Position numbers and translations under genes: made by a program. This document shows, piece after piece, positions 37,268-50,559 of a stretch of 64,000 nucleotides of DNA (position 1 is the stretch's first letter; every line of letters starts with the position of its first letter). The stretch spans positions 135,534,001 to 135,598,000 of the forward strand of contig NC_086097.1 in the NCBI RefSeq assembly GCF_963921235.1, read 5' to 3'. The DNA is from Mobula hypostoma. Taxonomy: Eukaryota. The notes beneath the pieces are model-generated. The model saw nothing but the letters and a program-made list of their open reading frames with translations. It ran no database searches and had not been told where the DNA came from.

Positions 37268-40200
37268 CAGGGGCGTATCTACGGAAAATAGCGCCTATGG
37301 CAAGCACTGAAATTGCGCCTCTGTCCAAACATCTGACACCCATCTTTTAGATAACTTTACCATAATATCAGCTCAAAAATACAAGTCAAGCTTGTTAATC
37401 TTTTAATTAACAAATTATGGCACTACATGAAAATTATAACTGCACCTTCCTTGCTTTCACTGATGCAAATTGGTCTATGATGTGATCAAAGTCAGTTTTT
37501 TCAGTTTCTTCTCTTTCTACACTCAGCAGAGCAAGATCACACAGTCTGCCTTGACCCATGGAGGCTCTCAAATAGGAAAGTATTAGTTTTAACTTGCTGA
37601 ATGGTCTCTCACAGCTGGCGATGGGAACTGCGATGGTTAGCATTATCTGAATAGCAATGCGAAGATTGGGGAAGATGCTCTCATCTCCATACTGAACAAT
37701 AAATTCAAGAAGCTCTTCAGGTCTTGGTATTTTCATGTTGACCCGCCTTAATAGCAACATTCTGCAATCCAAAATTTCTTCATATAGCTGCTGTCCATCA
37801 ACATCACAGCTGTACAATTCGCCCAAATTTTTGCACTTCTTCTTTGGGTTGTTACTGTCGGCGCCATAACACAGTCCCTCGACATCGAGAAGGAACCCAA
37901 ATTTGGCGTCAGTGTTGTGCAAACGAGCAAACCTTTCATCCATTTCTTTGTGAAGATTGTCGAGTGTTCCCTTCATGACCCTTTCCATTTCCTCCTTAGT
38001 TGTTAACCCAGCATCTCTAGAGTCCTCATCAGCCATTCGTTTCTTTCGTCTCTGACGTCTTTCAACTTCAATATTCCATTCTTGACAGAGACCGACTCCT
38101 TCTTCGAGAGACTCACTGACCAACACTTCTCTTTCACCATAAAAATGACCTTGGAGGGCTTTCAAATCCAGGGCAGCATCATGGAAGTTCATGCTAGGAT
38201 CCTGCAGCCTCTTTTGAATATGGTCAATGCGAATGAGTACTTTGCTCCAAAATCCTAGCAAAATCAGAAAATCGTAACCCAACTTGCGGTTGTACAGCTG
38301 CCTTGCGTCACTTCTTGTTTCACTGATCTCGTTTTCATTGTCTATCATGTCCTGGAGAACTTGAAGTATCTCTTCAAGGTGCTTGTTGACGGGCTTCACT
38401 GCTTCTGTCCTTGCACTCCAGACTCCGACTTAACCACAGGCACGGCATTTTTGAGTTTTTCCCAGTGCTGTGTTGAACGAGAGAAAAACACGTAGAGAGC
38501 TTCGATGGTTCCAAAAAATGTGACCATCATTGTATCCTGCTTGGCTGCATGTACACCCACCAAACTGTTGCAATTCACAAACACTGCCAGGTTGTTTTTC
38601 TCACTTATTCTTTGATGAACACCACTTCTGTGTCTAGCCATCACAGCAGCGTTGTCATAGCACTGTGACCAACAATCTTGTAGCTCCATTTCGTCCTTCT
38701 CTAGTTGTTTCAAGATGTCTTCAACCAAGCTCTCAGCATCCTTGAGGCTTACATGGATAAAACCAAGGAAGGACTCTCTAACATGGACTGTTTTCCTCTC
38801 AAAGTCAGCTTCCACATACCTTACTACTTCTGACATCTGCTCACGTCACAGTGTGTCTGATCAGGAGTCAAGTCGAACATGAGACCATAGTGCTTGGCTT
38901 TATGAATGCTTCTCAGTAAACTCTGGTGAACAGTGGATGCCATCATGTGGATGAATTTGATCTAGACACCCGGTGAAAGATAAGACGTGAATCCAGGATG
39001 ACTTTCCAAATGAGTGAGCTGTTCTTTTATGACAGGGTCAAAGATGGCCAGTAGTTTCAGTAAGCCAAGGAAATTTCCCACATTGGAGTCATTGTCTAGC
39101 TGAAGTGACTCCCTGTGTCCTCGCAAAGCTAAGTTCTGAGTTGCAAGGAATTTTATGCAGTGAAGGATTCTCGTCAAGATATCATGTCGCTTCTGCTTTC
39201 CCTTCTCAATCTGTGTCTGAAATACCGCGTCAATAACTCCTCTGTTTCCAGCTAAATTTCTTTCCATTTCTTTCTACTGTTTGAAGCATTCCTGATGATT
39301 CTTGGCATTTTCATGAACACTAATCCTTTCAGGTGCTTTCCACTGGTTGAATCCGCTTTCCTGCTCCAATGAGGATTGATGGTCTGACCGGGAATAGAGA
39401 AGACAACAGATACAAAATGCAGACTTTTTAGAAGGGGAATAGACCAGCCATGAGCGAGTCACTTCCTCACCACGACCATTTCCCAATTTCCTCTTGAACC
39501 AAGTTTTGTTCATTGAGCGGTTACTTGTTGGTAGGAAAGGCCCCTCACTGTTCTGGAAATACTTCGAACCCAGCTTTATTATTTCTGTTCTCAACATGTC
39601 AGGCAGAATTGCTTTTCCAGTATCCGTGTCGAACTTCAGAAGTCCAATGTCATGCTATTCAATCACTTCTGGTATGACAGTTCGAGGCTCTTTGACACCA
39701 TCCAGTTCACTAGGTTCAGTGTCGTCAGGTTCAATCTCGTCAGGTAAAATCTCATCAATAAACTCAACATCACCACCACCACCATCATCATCTTCCCCTC
39801 CTGTCATGTCCACGTTCTCTGTGGCAGTCTCACTCTTAATCTTGTCATACTCCCATTTATCTGACTTGACTTCCTCCTCGGCTTGTGACACATTTGTACT
39901 TGATCCACCTTCGAATTCTAACAAACTTGTAGCAGGTGTAGGCGATTCCATGGAACGTGTCGAACTACTTGTTCCGGGCTTTTCATGAAGAACTTGCTCG
40001 ACCTCTTGGCTTCCTCTGCCTCCAACTTTCGTCTCTTCCGTTCTTCAGCTCCACTTTCCTTCTTCGTGAAGAAATGTTTCATGGTCTTCTTACCAGTGCT
40101 CTGAAATAAGGCCATCCTAGTGCTTCTCACCCATGATAATCAAAGACAGATCATACATCTGAAGAAAATTTTTTTTTCGCTATCCGAGGATGGCTTGTCT

Positions 40201-40288
40201 GACTTTAATAGAAACTGCTCAGTGGTGCCACCCTTCAAGTGGCGCCCAGGGCACGTGCCATACCTGCCATACCTTAGATATGCCACTG
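37268..40288 (-). mobile_element. hAT DNA transposon, full length, transposase pseudogenised
   Basis: TIRs caggggcgtatcta / rc cagtggcatatcta; 8-bp TSD cctcttcc / cctcctcc; minus ORFs with TTF-type Zn finger (WLVYS..AFCICC..H), LALRGH..GNFLGLL, QCYDNAAVM and the hATC dimerisation region (ASCERPFSKLKLI..LRASM..RL..LALL). Inserted in a Rex1 3' end (about 37055-40335). Confidence 0.95.
37434..40130 (-). pseudogene. hAT transposase (ZMYM1-like/DUF4371-type architecture), broken by stops and frameshifts
   Basis: Collinear ORF pieces 39918-40130, 39655-39951, 39274-39597, 38962-39267, 38396-38836 and 37434-38399. Confidence 0.9.
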
Positions 40289-41236
40289 CCTCCTCCTTAA
40301 TGGCGGTAATGAGACATGGGCATGTCCTGGATAGTACATGGCACCGGATGTCCCTGGGTTACGAATGCCTGACATATGAACACCCCTACATACAAGCAAG
40401 CTGTCATAATATTATTAAGTTTCAATGTCTGGCACGTACTCTGTACTCACACACGTTCCTGAAGTTGGAAAAACACATCCCCTTCTTAGCAGTGCTTCCA
40501 CGTTCTTGGTCTCTTAACTTTACCTCTGTTATTCTGTTTTCTCACTTCTGATTTTCTTTTTGCGCCACTTCAGACTGAGCTACCTTCACATCCATCTTGC
40601 ACTCAGCACTGTATTTATTACTGCTGTATACACTGTGGGCTTCGTGCGAGCAAGGAATTTCATCGCACTCTGGTGTGTGTGACAATAAACTCATCTGAGT
40701 CTAATCTATCTCTCTGTCCACCCTTAATGATCACGCTTTCTCACCAGTCTTGTGTGCGTTTGATGCCATTTATTACAATACTGAGGAGGTATGGCTACCA
40801 AGATTGAACAATTTTTGTATACCGATTCATGGTCAAAATTCACTTCTGGCCTTCTGCTAAAATGGAAACTGTTTGCTATGTATTGGATTGTTAGAACAGA
40901 AAAAATAGTTACAGAAGAAGGCCATAGCCCCTCAACAAGACTATGAATGAGCTCTGTCCCTAATACCACTTTCCTGCATCCTTTGATTCCTTTAATATAC
41001 GGAGATCTATTGATTAGTGTTTTGAATAAACACACTCAATGAGTTTCCACAGCCCTCTGGGTTAGAGAATTCCAAGATGCCTTTAGATTTTTCTCAAGTC
41101 CTGGTGCAGGGTTTCAACGGGAAACGTCAACACTTCTTTCCCCCTACAGAAGCTGCTCAGCCTGCTGAGTTCCTCAAGCAGATTGTTTGTTACTCCAGAT
41201 CTCAGCACCTGCAGTCTCTTCTGTCTGATTTATAAG

Positions 41237-41828
41237 TGTAACGCTCAGCTATATTGGCTCGTATGTATCTAGGGGAAACCCCGACCGCCGCCCAACCTTG
41301 TCTCCCGGTTACGTTGGTTGCTGTGCAATGCCACCTGATTCGGCCTCAAACATCAATCATCAGACAGCACACAATCTACGTTTTACAAATTACACTTTAT
41401 AAATCTTACTAGGACTATGAGATTAATAGAGATACAATACAAAAGGGAATGGAAAAAAAAAAGGTGCCAGACTTAGCAAAGTTCAGTTTCTTCGTGCACA
41501 CAGTTGGAGCTTGGGACCTTCCTCCTTCACCCTGCAATTCACTCCGACCCCCTCGACTCGCAGCTCAGGGACACCCGGAGCATTCCCAGCACGTCTGTCT
41601 TCCTCCCGGTCTCTCCTCCAACTCCCCGCCACCCCCCCGTTTCCTAGCCATATGAGACAGCATATCACCCCAAAAAAGAATAACATGGACACCCATCTGT
41701 TCATTCGCTCACTTATCAATAAGATAACCCAAACAAACTGCAGCGAGAGAACCTTCTCAGCATTTAACATAACAAAGAAGCCATTTTGATTAACATACGC
41801 AGTAACATAAAAGAAGAACCCCATTACA
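41237..41828. mobile_element. Probable solo LTR (Gypsy-like)
   Basis: 592 bp bounded by TGTAACG...CATTACA; flanked by a 4-bp near-duplicate (taag / tagg); no recognisable coding content. Confidence 0.6.
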
Positions 41829-41979
41829 TAGGTTTCACTACTTCTGAGTGAAGTTTACTTTTAACTCATTCCTGAATGACTTGTTCCTTATATTAAGACC
41901 ATGACCTCAACCTTCTCTTCACCCCACTCTGTTCTAAACTCCATAGCTGAGCGATACACCTCCCAGATCTATCCTTTTG

Positions 41980-42885
41980 AACTGCTCTACTCCCTCTACA
42001 CCCATAGCTGTGTGGCTAGGCACAAATCAAACACCATCTATAAATTTGCTGATGACACCACTGTTGTTGGCAGAAACTCAGATGGTGACAAGAAGGCATA
42101 CAGGAGTTAAATAGATCGGCTGTTTGAGAGGCCTCTTAGTAACAACCTTGCATTCTACACCAGTAAGACCAGGGAATTGATTATGGACTTCAGGAAGGGG
42201 AAGTCGAGTGAACGCACACCTTTCCTCATCGAAGGATCAGCAGTGGAAAGGGTGAGCAGTTTCAAATGCCTTGGTGTCAATACCTCTGAAGGTCTATCCT
42301 GGGTCAAACATATTGATGCAATTACAAAGAAGTCATGTCAGCGACTATATTTCTTTTGGAGTTTGAGGAGATTTGGTATGTCAGCAAAGACTCTAGCAAA
42401 TTTCTCCGGATGTATTGTTGAGAGCATTGTAACTGGTTGCATCACCATCTGGTATGGAGGGGGTCCTGCACAGGATTGGAAAATGCTGCATGGGGTTACA
42501 AACTCCATCATGGGTGCTAATCTCCCCAGCCTTGAGGACATCTTCAAAAGGCAAAGTCTCAATACGGTGACATCCATCATTAAGGACCCCCATCACCTGG
42601 GACATGCCCTCTTCTCATTGCTACTCTTAGAGAGAAGGGACAGGAGCCTAAAGACACACACTTAAAGTTTTAGGAACAGCTTCTTCCCCTCTGCCATCAG
42701 ATTTCTGAACCAACAATGAATACTACCTCCCTATTTTTGGCTCTGTTTTTGCACTACTCATTTATTTTAATATTTTATATATATTTCTTACTGTAATTTA
42801 TAGATTTTAAATGTAATGCACTGTATTGCTGTCATGAAACAACACATTTTGTGATGTATGCCAATGACATTAAACCTGATGTTAA
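41980..42885 (+). mobile_element. Rex1/Babar-type LINE 3' part
   Basis: LLYSLYTH.C..KFADDTTVVG; ORF 42177 VERVSSFKCLGV..RLYF..LRRFG..HHLGHALF; tail attaaacctga. Confidence 0.88.
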
Positions 42886-42889
42886 TCGT

Positions 42890-43620
42890 CCTGCTACAGA
42901 GAGGATGCTATTAAGCTGAAAAAGTGCAGAACAGATTTAAGACGATTTGCTGCCAAGACTCAAGGGACTGTGATATTGAACAGGCTAAGATGTTATTCTT
43001 TGGAGAGTAGGAGACTGAGGGATGGCCACATAGAGGTGTATTAAGTCATGGGAAGTATAGAAAAGGTGAATGCACACTGCCTTCTCCCCAGGGGTGGAGA
43101 AACAAAAGCTAGAACGGATCTTGACCCGGATCTGGGCCGTACCCTCCAAATATCCGGACCTGCATCTCGGTTTTTTTTGCACTATCTTACTTTCCATTTT
43201 TCTATTTTCTATTTATGATTTATAATTTAAATTTTTAATATTTACTATCGATTTGTAATCCAGGGAGCGGGAAGCGCAGAATCAAATATCGCTGTGATGA
43301 TTGCACGTTCTAGTACCAATTGTTTGGCGACAATAAAGTATGAAGTATGAAGTATAGAAGCCATAGATTCTGGGTGAGCAAGGAGAATTGTAACAGGAAC
43401 CTGTGAGACAATGGTGGTTTGTATATGGATTTGCCTGCCAGAAGAAATGGTTGAGGCAGGTTCATTAGTAAGATTGAAAAGACGCCTGGACAGGTACAGT
43501 ACATGAACAGGAAAGATCTAGAGACATATAGGCTGAACACCGGCGAATGCAACGCGCTTAGAAGGACATCTTGGTATGGACCAGTTGGGCCGAATGGCCT
43601 GTTCTATGCTGTTTAAATCT
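42890..43620 (+). mobile_element. CR1 3' fragment interrupted by a young LINE tail (43115-43354)
   Basis: CR1 motifs on both sides; the insert ends caataaag(tatgaag)n and is flanked by tagaa (43110-43114 / 43355-43359). Confidence 0.7.
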
Positions 43621-43639
43621 GATATTCTGCCATTCATAT

Positions 43640-44410
43640 TTGTCAGGTTTAATATCACTGGCATGTGTTGTGAATTTTGTTGTTATCTGGCAGCAGTACA
43701 TAATAATAAAACCTGTGAATTACAGTAAGAAGTATAGGTATATATATTAAAACGTTAAATTAAATTAGTGCAAAAAGTAGTGAGGTAGTGTTCATGGGTT
43801 ATGTCCACTCAGAAATCATTTGGCAGAGGGGAAGGAGCTGAGTGTGTGGCTTCAACCTCCTGCAGCTTCTTCCTAATGAGAAGAGGCTATGTCCTTAATG
43901 ATGAATGCTACCTTTTCGAGGCATCGCTTGCTGATGTCCTGGACACTGGGGAGGCTGGTGCCCATGATGGAGATGACTGCGTTTACAGCTTTCTGCAGCT
44001 TATCTCAAACCTGTGCAGTGGGCAGGCCACCCCACCCCCCATATCAGACAGTGATGCAGCCAATCAGAATGCTCTCCACGGTACACCTGTCAAAATTTGC
44101 GAGTGTCTTTGGAGACACGCCAAATCTCCTGGTGAAATATAGCCGCCGTCCTGTCTTCTTTGTAACTGCATCGATATGTCGGGCTTAGGATAGATCCTCA
44201 GAGATGCTGACACCCAGCAATTTGAAATTGCTCACCCTTTCCACTTATGATCCCTCTACGAGAATTGGCGTGCGTTCTCTCACCTTACCCTTTCTGAAGT
44301 CCACAACCAATCTGCTGGTTTTTCCGACACTGAGTGCAAGGGTTGTTGCTGCAACCACACTCAACTGGCTGATCTATCTCCCTCGTGTACACCTTCTCAC
44401 CACCATCTGG
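43640..44410 (-). mobile_element. Rex1/Babar-type LINE 3' part
   Basis: Tail caggtttaatatcactggc; reverse complement matches the Rex1 C-terminal region. Confidence 0.8.
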
Positions 44411-44584
44411 AATCCACTCAGTTTACTTCTGACAACCTATCCCAACACCAGGATTCCTTTAGATCGCATTCTGTGATATCCCATGGCAGCCTGCAACTAT
44501 GATCACCTTTTAACTGTGAATAAGTCGATATGTGTAAAACTGTGGATCCTACTTCTTCTCACTGAAACTGCATCCTGACTAGAA

Positions 44585-45130
44585 AAATTGATAAACATTA
44601 TTATTGTCACACATACTAAGGTACAGTGAAAGATTCTGTTCTGCATGCCATCCACACAGATAATTTCGTTACCACAGTACGTTGAGGTGGTACAAGGGAA
44701 ATGCACTAACTGAATGCAGAATGTAGTGTTACAGTAACAAAGTTAGTGTAGTGCGGGTCGGTAATAAGGTGCAAGACCGTAAAGAAGTAGATAGCGAAGT
44801 CGAGCCCATCTTATTGTACAAAGGGTTCATTCAATATCTTATAACTTCAGGATGAAAACTGTCCTTGAGCCTGGTGTTATGTACTTTCAGGCCTTCTAAC
44901 CTTCTGCCCAATGGGAGGAGGACAAAGAATGTCCAACATAAAGGGTGTTTGACTATGTTGGCTGTGTTACTGAGACAGTGAGAACTGTAGACAGAGACCA
45001 TGGAGGGGAGGCTGGTTTCTGTGATTTACTAAGCTGTCTACAGTTTCTTGTGGCCTTAGGTAGGGCAGTTGCCTTACCACAATGCAGCCGGATTAGATCA
45101 TTTCTAAGGTGTATTGATAAAAATTTGGCA
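44585..45130 (-). mobile_element. Rex1-type LINE 3' end
   Basis: Tail ttattattgtcacac, same family as 25105 and 46050. Confidence 0.7.
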
Positions 45131-46049
45131 ACGTTCTCTGGCTACACAAAGGTACAGATTTCATTTTAAAGGACTCATTTTATCATTATAAGAGGAATTC
45201 TTAAAAATATCCTATTGTCATGTCTTGGATTTTGGTTGTCAAGGTTACTGTTTTGATCATTATAGTAAATGTATGGTGCAGAGTTGAGTTTGACCTTGGA
45301 GCCCAGTCTGGGCAGGAGGATTCAGATACGCTGTAGAGGGCTTGAAATATATTTTGATTGGCTAGACTCCACATTAGTTCCTGAATCCTGCAAGTAATAG
45401 CACATTTTCTCAGAATAACCTGGTTATTCTGGCCCCCAAATGTTCCAAACCAGTGAATTTATGAAGTGGTGACTTTGCTCATTATTCAAAGGGGATATTT
45501 CACTGTCCAGGAAAGGAAAAATGGAATATTTAACATCAATATTATCTCATTTGCAGTATTCTTTCTGTGACATTCAATCTTATTATTGTTTGGGATAGTT
45601 TAACTATATTTCTAAGTCCTTCTATCTGTTTAATATGTGGGTTCTTGTGTTAAGTATAGGTTTTGTTAACCTGATTCTCTGCTTATTAATGTGAGGTTGC
45701 ATGTATGGGTATTGGGCTCCACCTGTTCATCTGTTGATTGGGCTTTGGTAAGGAAGGCAACAGTCAAAAGGCTTCAAGCTTATAAAATACTGGACACAAG
45801 GATCTATAACTGTGTGTAACACGCTTGTAACTGCTGTTGTAAAATGCAGTTCCATATCCATTCACTTACTGAATGGACTCCTGCCATGGCACAGCCGTCA
45901 CCATGTGTTCAGTTGTTTCCAGGTTGCCTTCCGGAACTTCCTCAAGAAATCCTTCTGACTCTCCACCTGCTCTGATCTCTTAAACATCTTGTAATGTTCT
46001 TCTTAAGGCATCTAGATTTTCTTTTTTAGGCTTCTCAGTTTCCTAGAAT

Positions 46050-46590
46050 TGCAATTGGAATGAATTTATTATTCTCACATGTATTGAGAAATGGTGAAAA
46101 ACTTTTTGCATGCCATCCACATAGAACATTTCATCACATCGCTGCATTAAGGCAGTACAAGGGAAAAAAATAACAGAGAACGGAATTTAGTGTTATAGTT
46201 ACAGAGGAAGTGAGTCAATGGGGTGTAAGGGCGATGACAAGGTAGAATGTGAAGTCAAAAGTTCATTTTTTAAAATACCTTATTTTCAAAAGAGGTTTAT
46301 TTTCGATGTACAAGTGGTATATTTAGTAAGTGTATAACAGTGGGATAGAAGCTGTCCTTGAGCCTGATGGTGAATATTTTCAAACTTTTGCATTCTCTGC
46401 TCTATGAAAGAGATGAGAAGAGAGAATGACCAGGGGCGCTTGATGATGTTGGCTATTTTCTCAAGATAGTGGGAAGTATGGACGGAAATCCATTGAAGAA
46501 AGGTTGGTTTTCATGAAGGACTGGGCTGTGCCCAAAACTTTTTGAAATTTCTTGTGGCCTTCAGGCAGGGCAGGTGCCATACCAAGCCAC
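46050..46590 (-). mobile_element. Rex1-type LINE 3' end
   Basis: tttattattctcacatgt...ggatagaagctgtccttgagcctg. Confidence 0.7.
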
Positions 46591-46801
46591 GATGGAACCA
46601 AAGATAATAGACTTCTAAGACACAGTAGGAGTCCATTCACTCCATCAGGTCTATGTCAGATCCCAAGGATGCAACCGTCATTTCCCTATATCTTTTCGAC
46701 TTACTCTCCCTCACATATTCCCATCAGCTCCACTTTGATTCTCTCTGCTTTTAACCTACTGTACATACTGGGGGAAATTTAAAGCAGTCAATTAACCTAC
46801 C

Positions 46802-47011
46802 TAACTGGCTGGTGGCGTAGTGGCATCAGCACCGGACTTCAAGGCGAAGGGTCCCGGGTTCGTATCCGGCCAGCTCCTTGCACGCTTCCCATCTGTGCTG
46901 GGTTGAATGTCGAGTGAGCAACTCGGCCTCACAAAAAAAAACAGACAAATGCTGAAGAAACAGCAAAAAGTTCCACCCATTGCACTACAAGGCGCGATAA
47001 AGGAGCAACAA
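46802..47011 (+). mobile_element. tRNA-headed SINE with (CAA)n tail, inserted in an antisense V-SINE (about 46620-47120)
   Basis: A box TGGCGTAGTGG (46813-46823); B box GGTTCGTATCC (46857-46867); 13-bp TSD caattaacctacc (46789-46801 / 47012-47024). Confidence 0.85.
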
Positions 47012-48002
47012 CAATTAACCTACCGGTACTTTGTTGGGTAGAAATGGGAGCACCCAGGAGAAACCCACCTAATCACAAGGAGAACGTGCAGACTGTATAT
47101 AGACAGCATATGAGGTGTTCCTCCCAACTCCAGATGATCAATCTTTCCCTGGATAACTGGTGCAGGTTCAGTGTTGCTGAGTTTTGAGAAACAGTATAAA
47201 GATAAGTGATAGTGACTTTAACTCAGATCCAGGCAGGGTTGGAAGCTTACAGTTACAGGTTGTGGCTTCTCAGTCCTAGTCCACCCTTAACTCCTTAACC
47301 TTACCATAAAATCGTTACGGGGAAATGAGCTCTTTTGCTTATCTTGTCTATGTCGACTGCCATCCCTAACGACACTAATCCCCCTTACCTGTATCAAGCT
47401 CATATCTCTCAATACTTTTCCTGTCCAAGTACCCACATGACGTGTTGGGAATTCAAACCAGTATTTGGGGAATGTTGTGGGGCAGAGGGAGCGAGGAGTC
47501 CAAGTATGTACAGTAGCTAGACATCATAGTAGACGGGGTAGTGAAGAAGGTACTTAGCATGCTGGCCTTCTACAGTCAGTGCTCTGGGTGTAGGAGATTG
47601 GATGTTATGACGCAATTGTACAAGATGCTGGTGGGGCCATACCTGCAGTGTGTGTACAGCCTTAGGACATTATTAATGTGGGAAGAGTGCAAAGAAGATT
47701 TACGTGAATGTTGCCAGGACTCAGCAGCTTGGTTATAGGGAGAGGTTGGGCAGGCTAGGTCTTCATTCCTTGCTGACCTTATAGAGGTGATGAATATTGT
47801 GAAGGCATGGTCCATAGACAGGGCGAATGCACACGGTCATACAGCAGGGTGAACACACACAGGTAGGGGTGTGTTTCTGTGCTGTACCGCTCTGTGACTG
47901 GCCTGGTTGGTCATCTCCACATGGTTGTCTGATCCACCACTGAGAGTATTTGGCCAGTGGAGGTACCAAGATGGAGGGTATTCCTTGTAGTTCGGCGCAC
48001 AA

Positions 48003-48292
48003 TGCAGCACGGTAATGTAATGGTTAGCACAAGGCAGTACAGTACAGGCAACCCGGGTTCAATTTCTGCTGCTGCATGCACAGAGTCTGGATGTTCTCCC
48101 TGTGACTACGCAGGTTTCCACTGTGTGCTCTGGTTTCCTCCCACAGACCGAAGACACACTGGTTGGTAGGTTAATTGGTCATTGTAAATTGTCCTGTGAC
48201 TGGGCTCTGGTTTAATCAGGGGTTGCTAGGCGACACAGCTCGAAGGGCCGGAAGGTCCTATTCCACACCGTATCTCAATAAATAAAAAAATA
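48003..48292 (+). mobile_element. V-SINE/HE1-type SINE
   Basis: A/B-box head (gtaatggttagc, gggttcaattt), core ggtttcctcccacaga, tail gaagggccggaagg..caataaataaa. Confidence 0.85.
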
Positions 48293-48309
48293 AAAGAGTT
48301 TGAGAGTTA

Positions 48310-48825
48310 CATAGCAAAGAAACAAACCCCTTGGTCCATCTTGTCCATGCTGACCAAGTCGCCCACCTGAGCGAATCCTATTTGCCTAGGTTTGTCTCGT
48401 ACCCCCTAAAACTTTCATATCCATGAACCTGCCCAAATGTCTTTCAACTGTAGTTGTACCTGCTTCTACTACTTCCTCTGCCAGCTGGTTCCATTTACCC
48501 AACACACCTTTCAAATTTTTGCCTCTATCTTGAACCTATCCCCTCTAGTTTTAGATTCTCCTACCTTGCTCTGTGACCATCTTCTTTACTTTTGCCCATT
48601 ATGGTTTTATACAGCTCCATTAAGTTCACTCCTCCCAGTCCGTTCACTCCAGGGAATACAGTCCCAGCCTATTTAGCCTCTCCTTACAACTCAAACTTTC
48701 CAATCCCTTTACCATACTTGTGAAACTTTCCTGCACCCTTTCAAGCTTAATGACGTTAACACCCTCTTTTCTACAGCTGGGTGACTTGAACTGCACACCA
48801 TACTCCAAGGGCAATCTCATCAACA
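48310..48825 (-). mobile_element. CR1 3' fragment
   Basis: Minus ORF 48644 LEYGVQFKSP..KLERVQ..ERLNRLGLYSLE. Confidence 0.8.
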
Positions 48826-48899
48826 TTTTTGTTTGAACTCATGTCAGTTCTTCCTTTAGGAATCTGTTCATCAAATACAACTCCATAGTTGATCTGCAA

Positions 48900-49160
48900 A
48901 GATGATAGATACTTTATTGATCCCAAAGGAACAGTACAAATATTAGAAGAGAAGTAAGAAAGAATAAAAACAAGTTACCTCAAACAGTCTAGCAGGAGGG
49001 GTCATCACTTCCCCGACTATAGGTTGACTCATTATAGAACCTAATGACCGAGGGTAAGAATGACCTCATATATTGCTCTTTCGAGCAGCGCAGTTGTCTT
49101 AGTCTATTACTAAAAGCTCTCCTCTGTTCAGCCAAAGTGGCATGCAGAGGGTGAGTAGCA
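48900..49160 (-). mobile_element. Rex1-type LINE 3' tail
   Basis: gatagatactttattgatccc tail; similar to the reverse complement of the 54100-54450 end. Confidence 0.7.
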
Positions 49161-49944
49161 TTGTCCAGAATTGCCGGAAAGTGGTGTCAGCTTTGAAATG
49201 TAAAATCACTCTCTTCAAACTGAGAAAATCTTTCAGTCTGAGGCTGAGATTGTGTCCGTGAGTTTCCAAATTATTCCACTGCAGTGCAGTTCAAGGGCAA
49301 AAGTAATTGTACTTTAAGTGAGGGATTGGTTGGAGCCAGTACAGAATCCACTGCAGCATATTTCAGGAGTGATGGAATGGAAGAGATCCAACCAAAGCCT
49401 TCGGTAAAATAAGATGTCATGCCTATGTCACTCTGCAAGAGTGAGTAGGTGATAAATCTAGCAAGGCCTTCAGCCACAAGGAGGTGATTCACCAAGACGT
49501 GAAACATTTTCAGTTTACACCAGATCTGCCTTTTGAAAAGTAAAATGCTTGAGTTTGCAAATGAAGCCCAGCAAGCCAGCCTTCTCAAACCCTATCCTTT
49601 TACCCATAACCTTTCTGACTGAGACCCATTCAGGGACCCTTGAGCGCACCTGGTATCCATTCATCTATCAATGAACGAGTTGGATGCAAAACCAGACAGC
49701 AAACTAAAAGTCAGTGCTCACTGCAACCTTTGTCTTTTGGCGCTACCAGTTTTTAGCATTCTATTTCAAATCCACACCCCACCCCATTAAAAGGTGAACT
49801 AATGCAGGTTAACAATTTTTACACATTTACAGGTTTGATCAATTGACTACATTTCAAATCTCTTTGAATTTTGAAATGGTAGTATTTCTACATCTAACTT
49901 AATTCAGGGACTCAGCAGATGGTTACACTTGCTCATTTCATCTC

Positions 49945-50470
49945 AGAATCAGAATCAGCTTTGTTGTTACTGATGAATACCTTGAAATTTGTTGTCTTGT
50001 GGCAGCAGTACAGAGCCAGACATAAAAATTGCCCCCAAATTACAAATCAGGTAGTGTTCATGGACTTTTGGGAAATCTGATGGCAGAGGGTAAGAAGCTG
50101 TTCTTAAGATGCTGAGTGTGGGTCTTCGGGTTGCTGTGCCTTCTCCCCGAAGGTGATAATGCGAGGAGGGCATGCCCTGGATGGAGGAGGTCTTTAATCG
50201 TGGATGCCACCTTCTTGAGGCCCTGCCTCAGGAGGATGCCCCTAATGGAGGGGATCGTTGTGCCCGAGATGGAACTGGCTGAGTTTATAGCCCTCTGCAA
50301 CCTCTTGCAATCCTGTGCATTGAAGGCTGCATGTCAGGCACCATCCGTAGAAATTTGCAAAAGATGATAGTGGCATATGAAATCTCCTTAAAATCCCAAA
50401 GAAGTAGAGCCACCAGTGTGCCTTCTTCAATGTGTTGGAACTTTCTTCAACACAACTCAGACTCACTTCT
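49945..50470 (-). mobile_element. Rex1/Babar-type LINE 3' end
   Basis: (atcaga)n tail; minus ORF HPGHALLALSPSGRR..KNSFLPSAIR. Confidence 0.8.
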
Positions 50471-50559
50471 AGCACTCATCTCCCTCACCTTTTTCCTGGG
50501 TCACTTGTACTGAGAAACGTTGTTTTAAATCAGTCAGCATGGTACTTGATTTTAACGAA

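Noticed and set aside
37434..38399. ZMYM1-like host zinc-finger gene
   Set aside because: It lies within TIRs and a TSD and is frameshifted upstream, so it is a transposase remnant.
40340..40450. Possible Tigger/pogo-like TIR remnant (gatgtccctgggttacgaa)
   Set aside because: No matching opposite end or TSD found.
46807..46880. Functional tRNA gene
   Set aside because: A and B boxes are present, but it continues into a SINE body with a TSD and has no clean anticodon arm.
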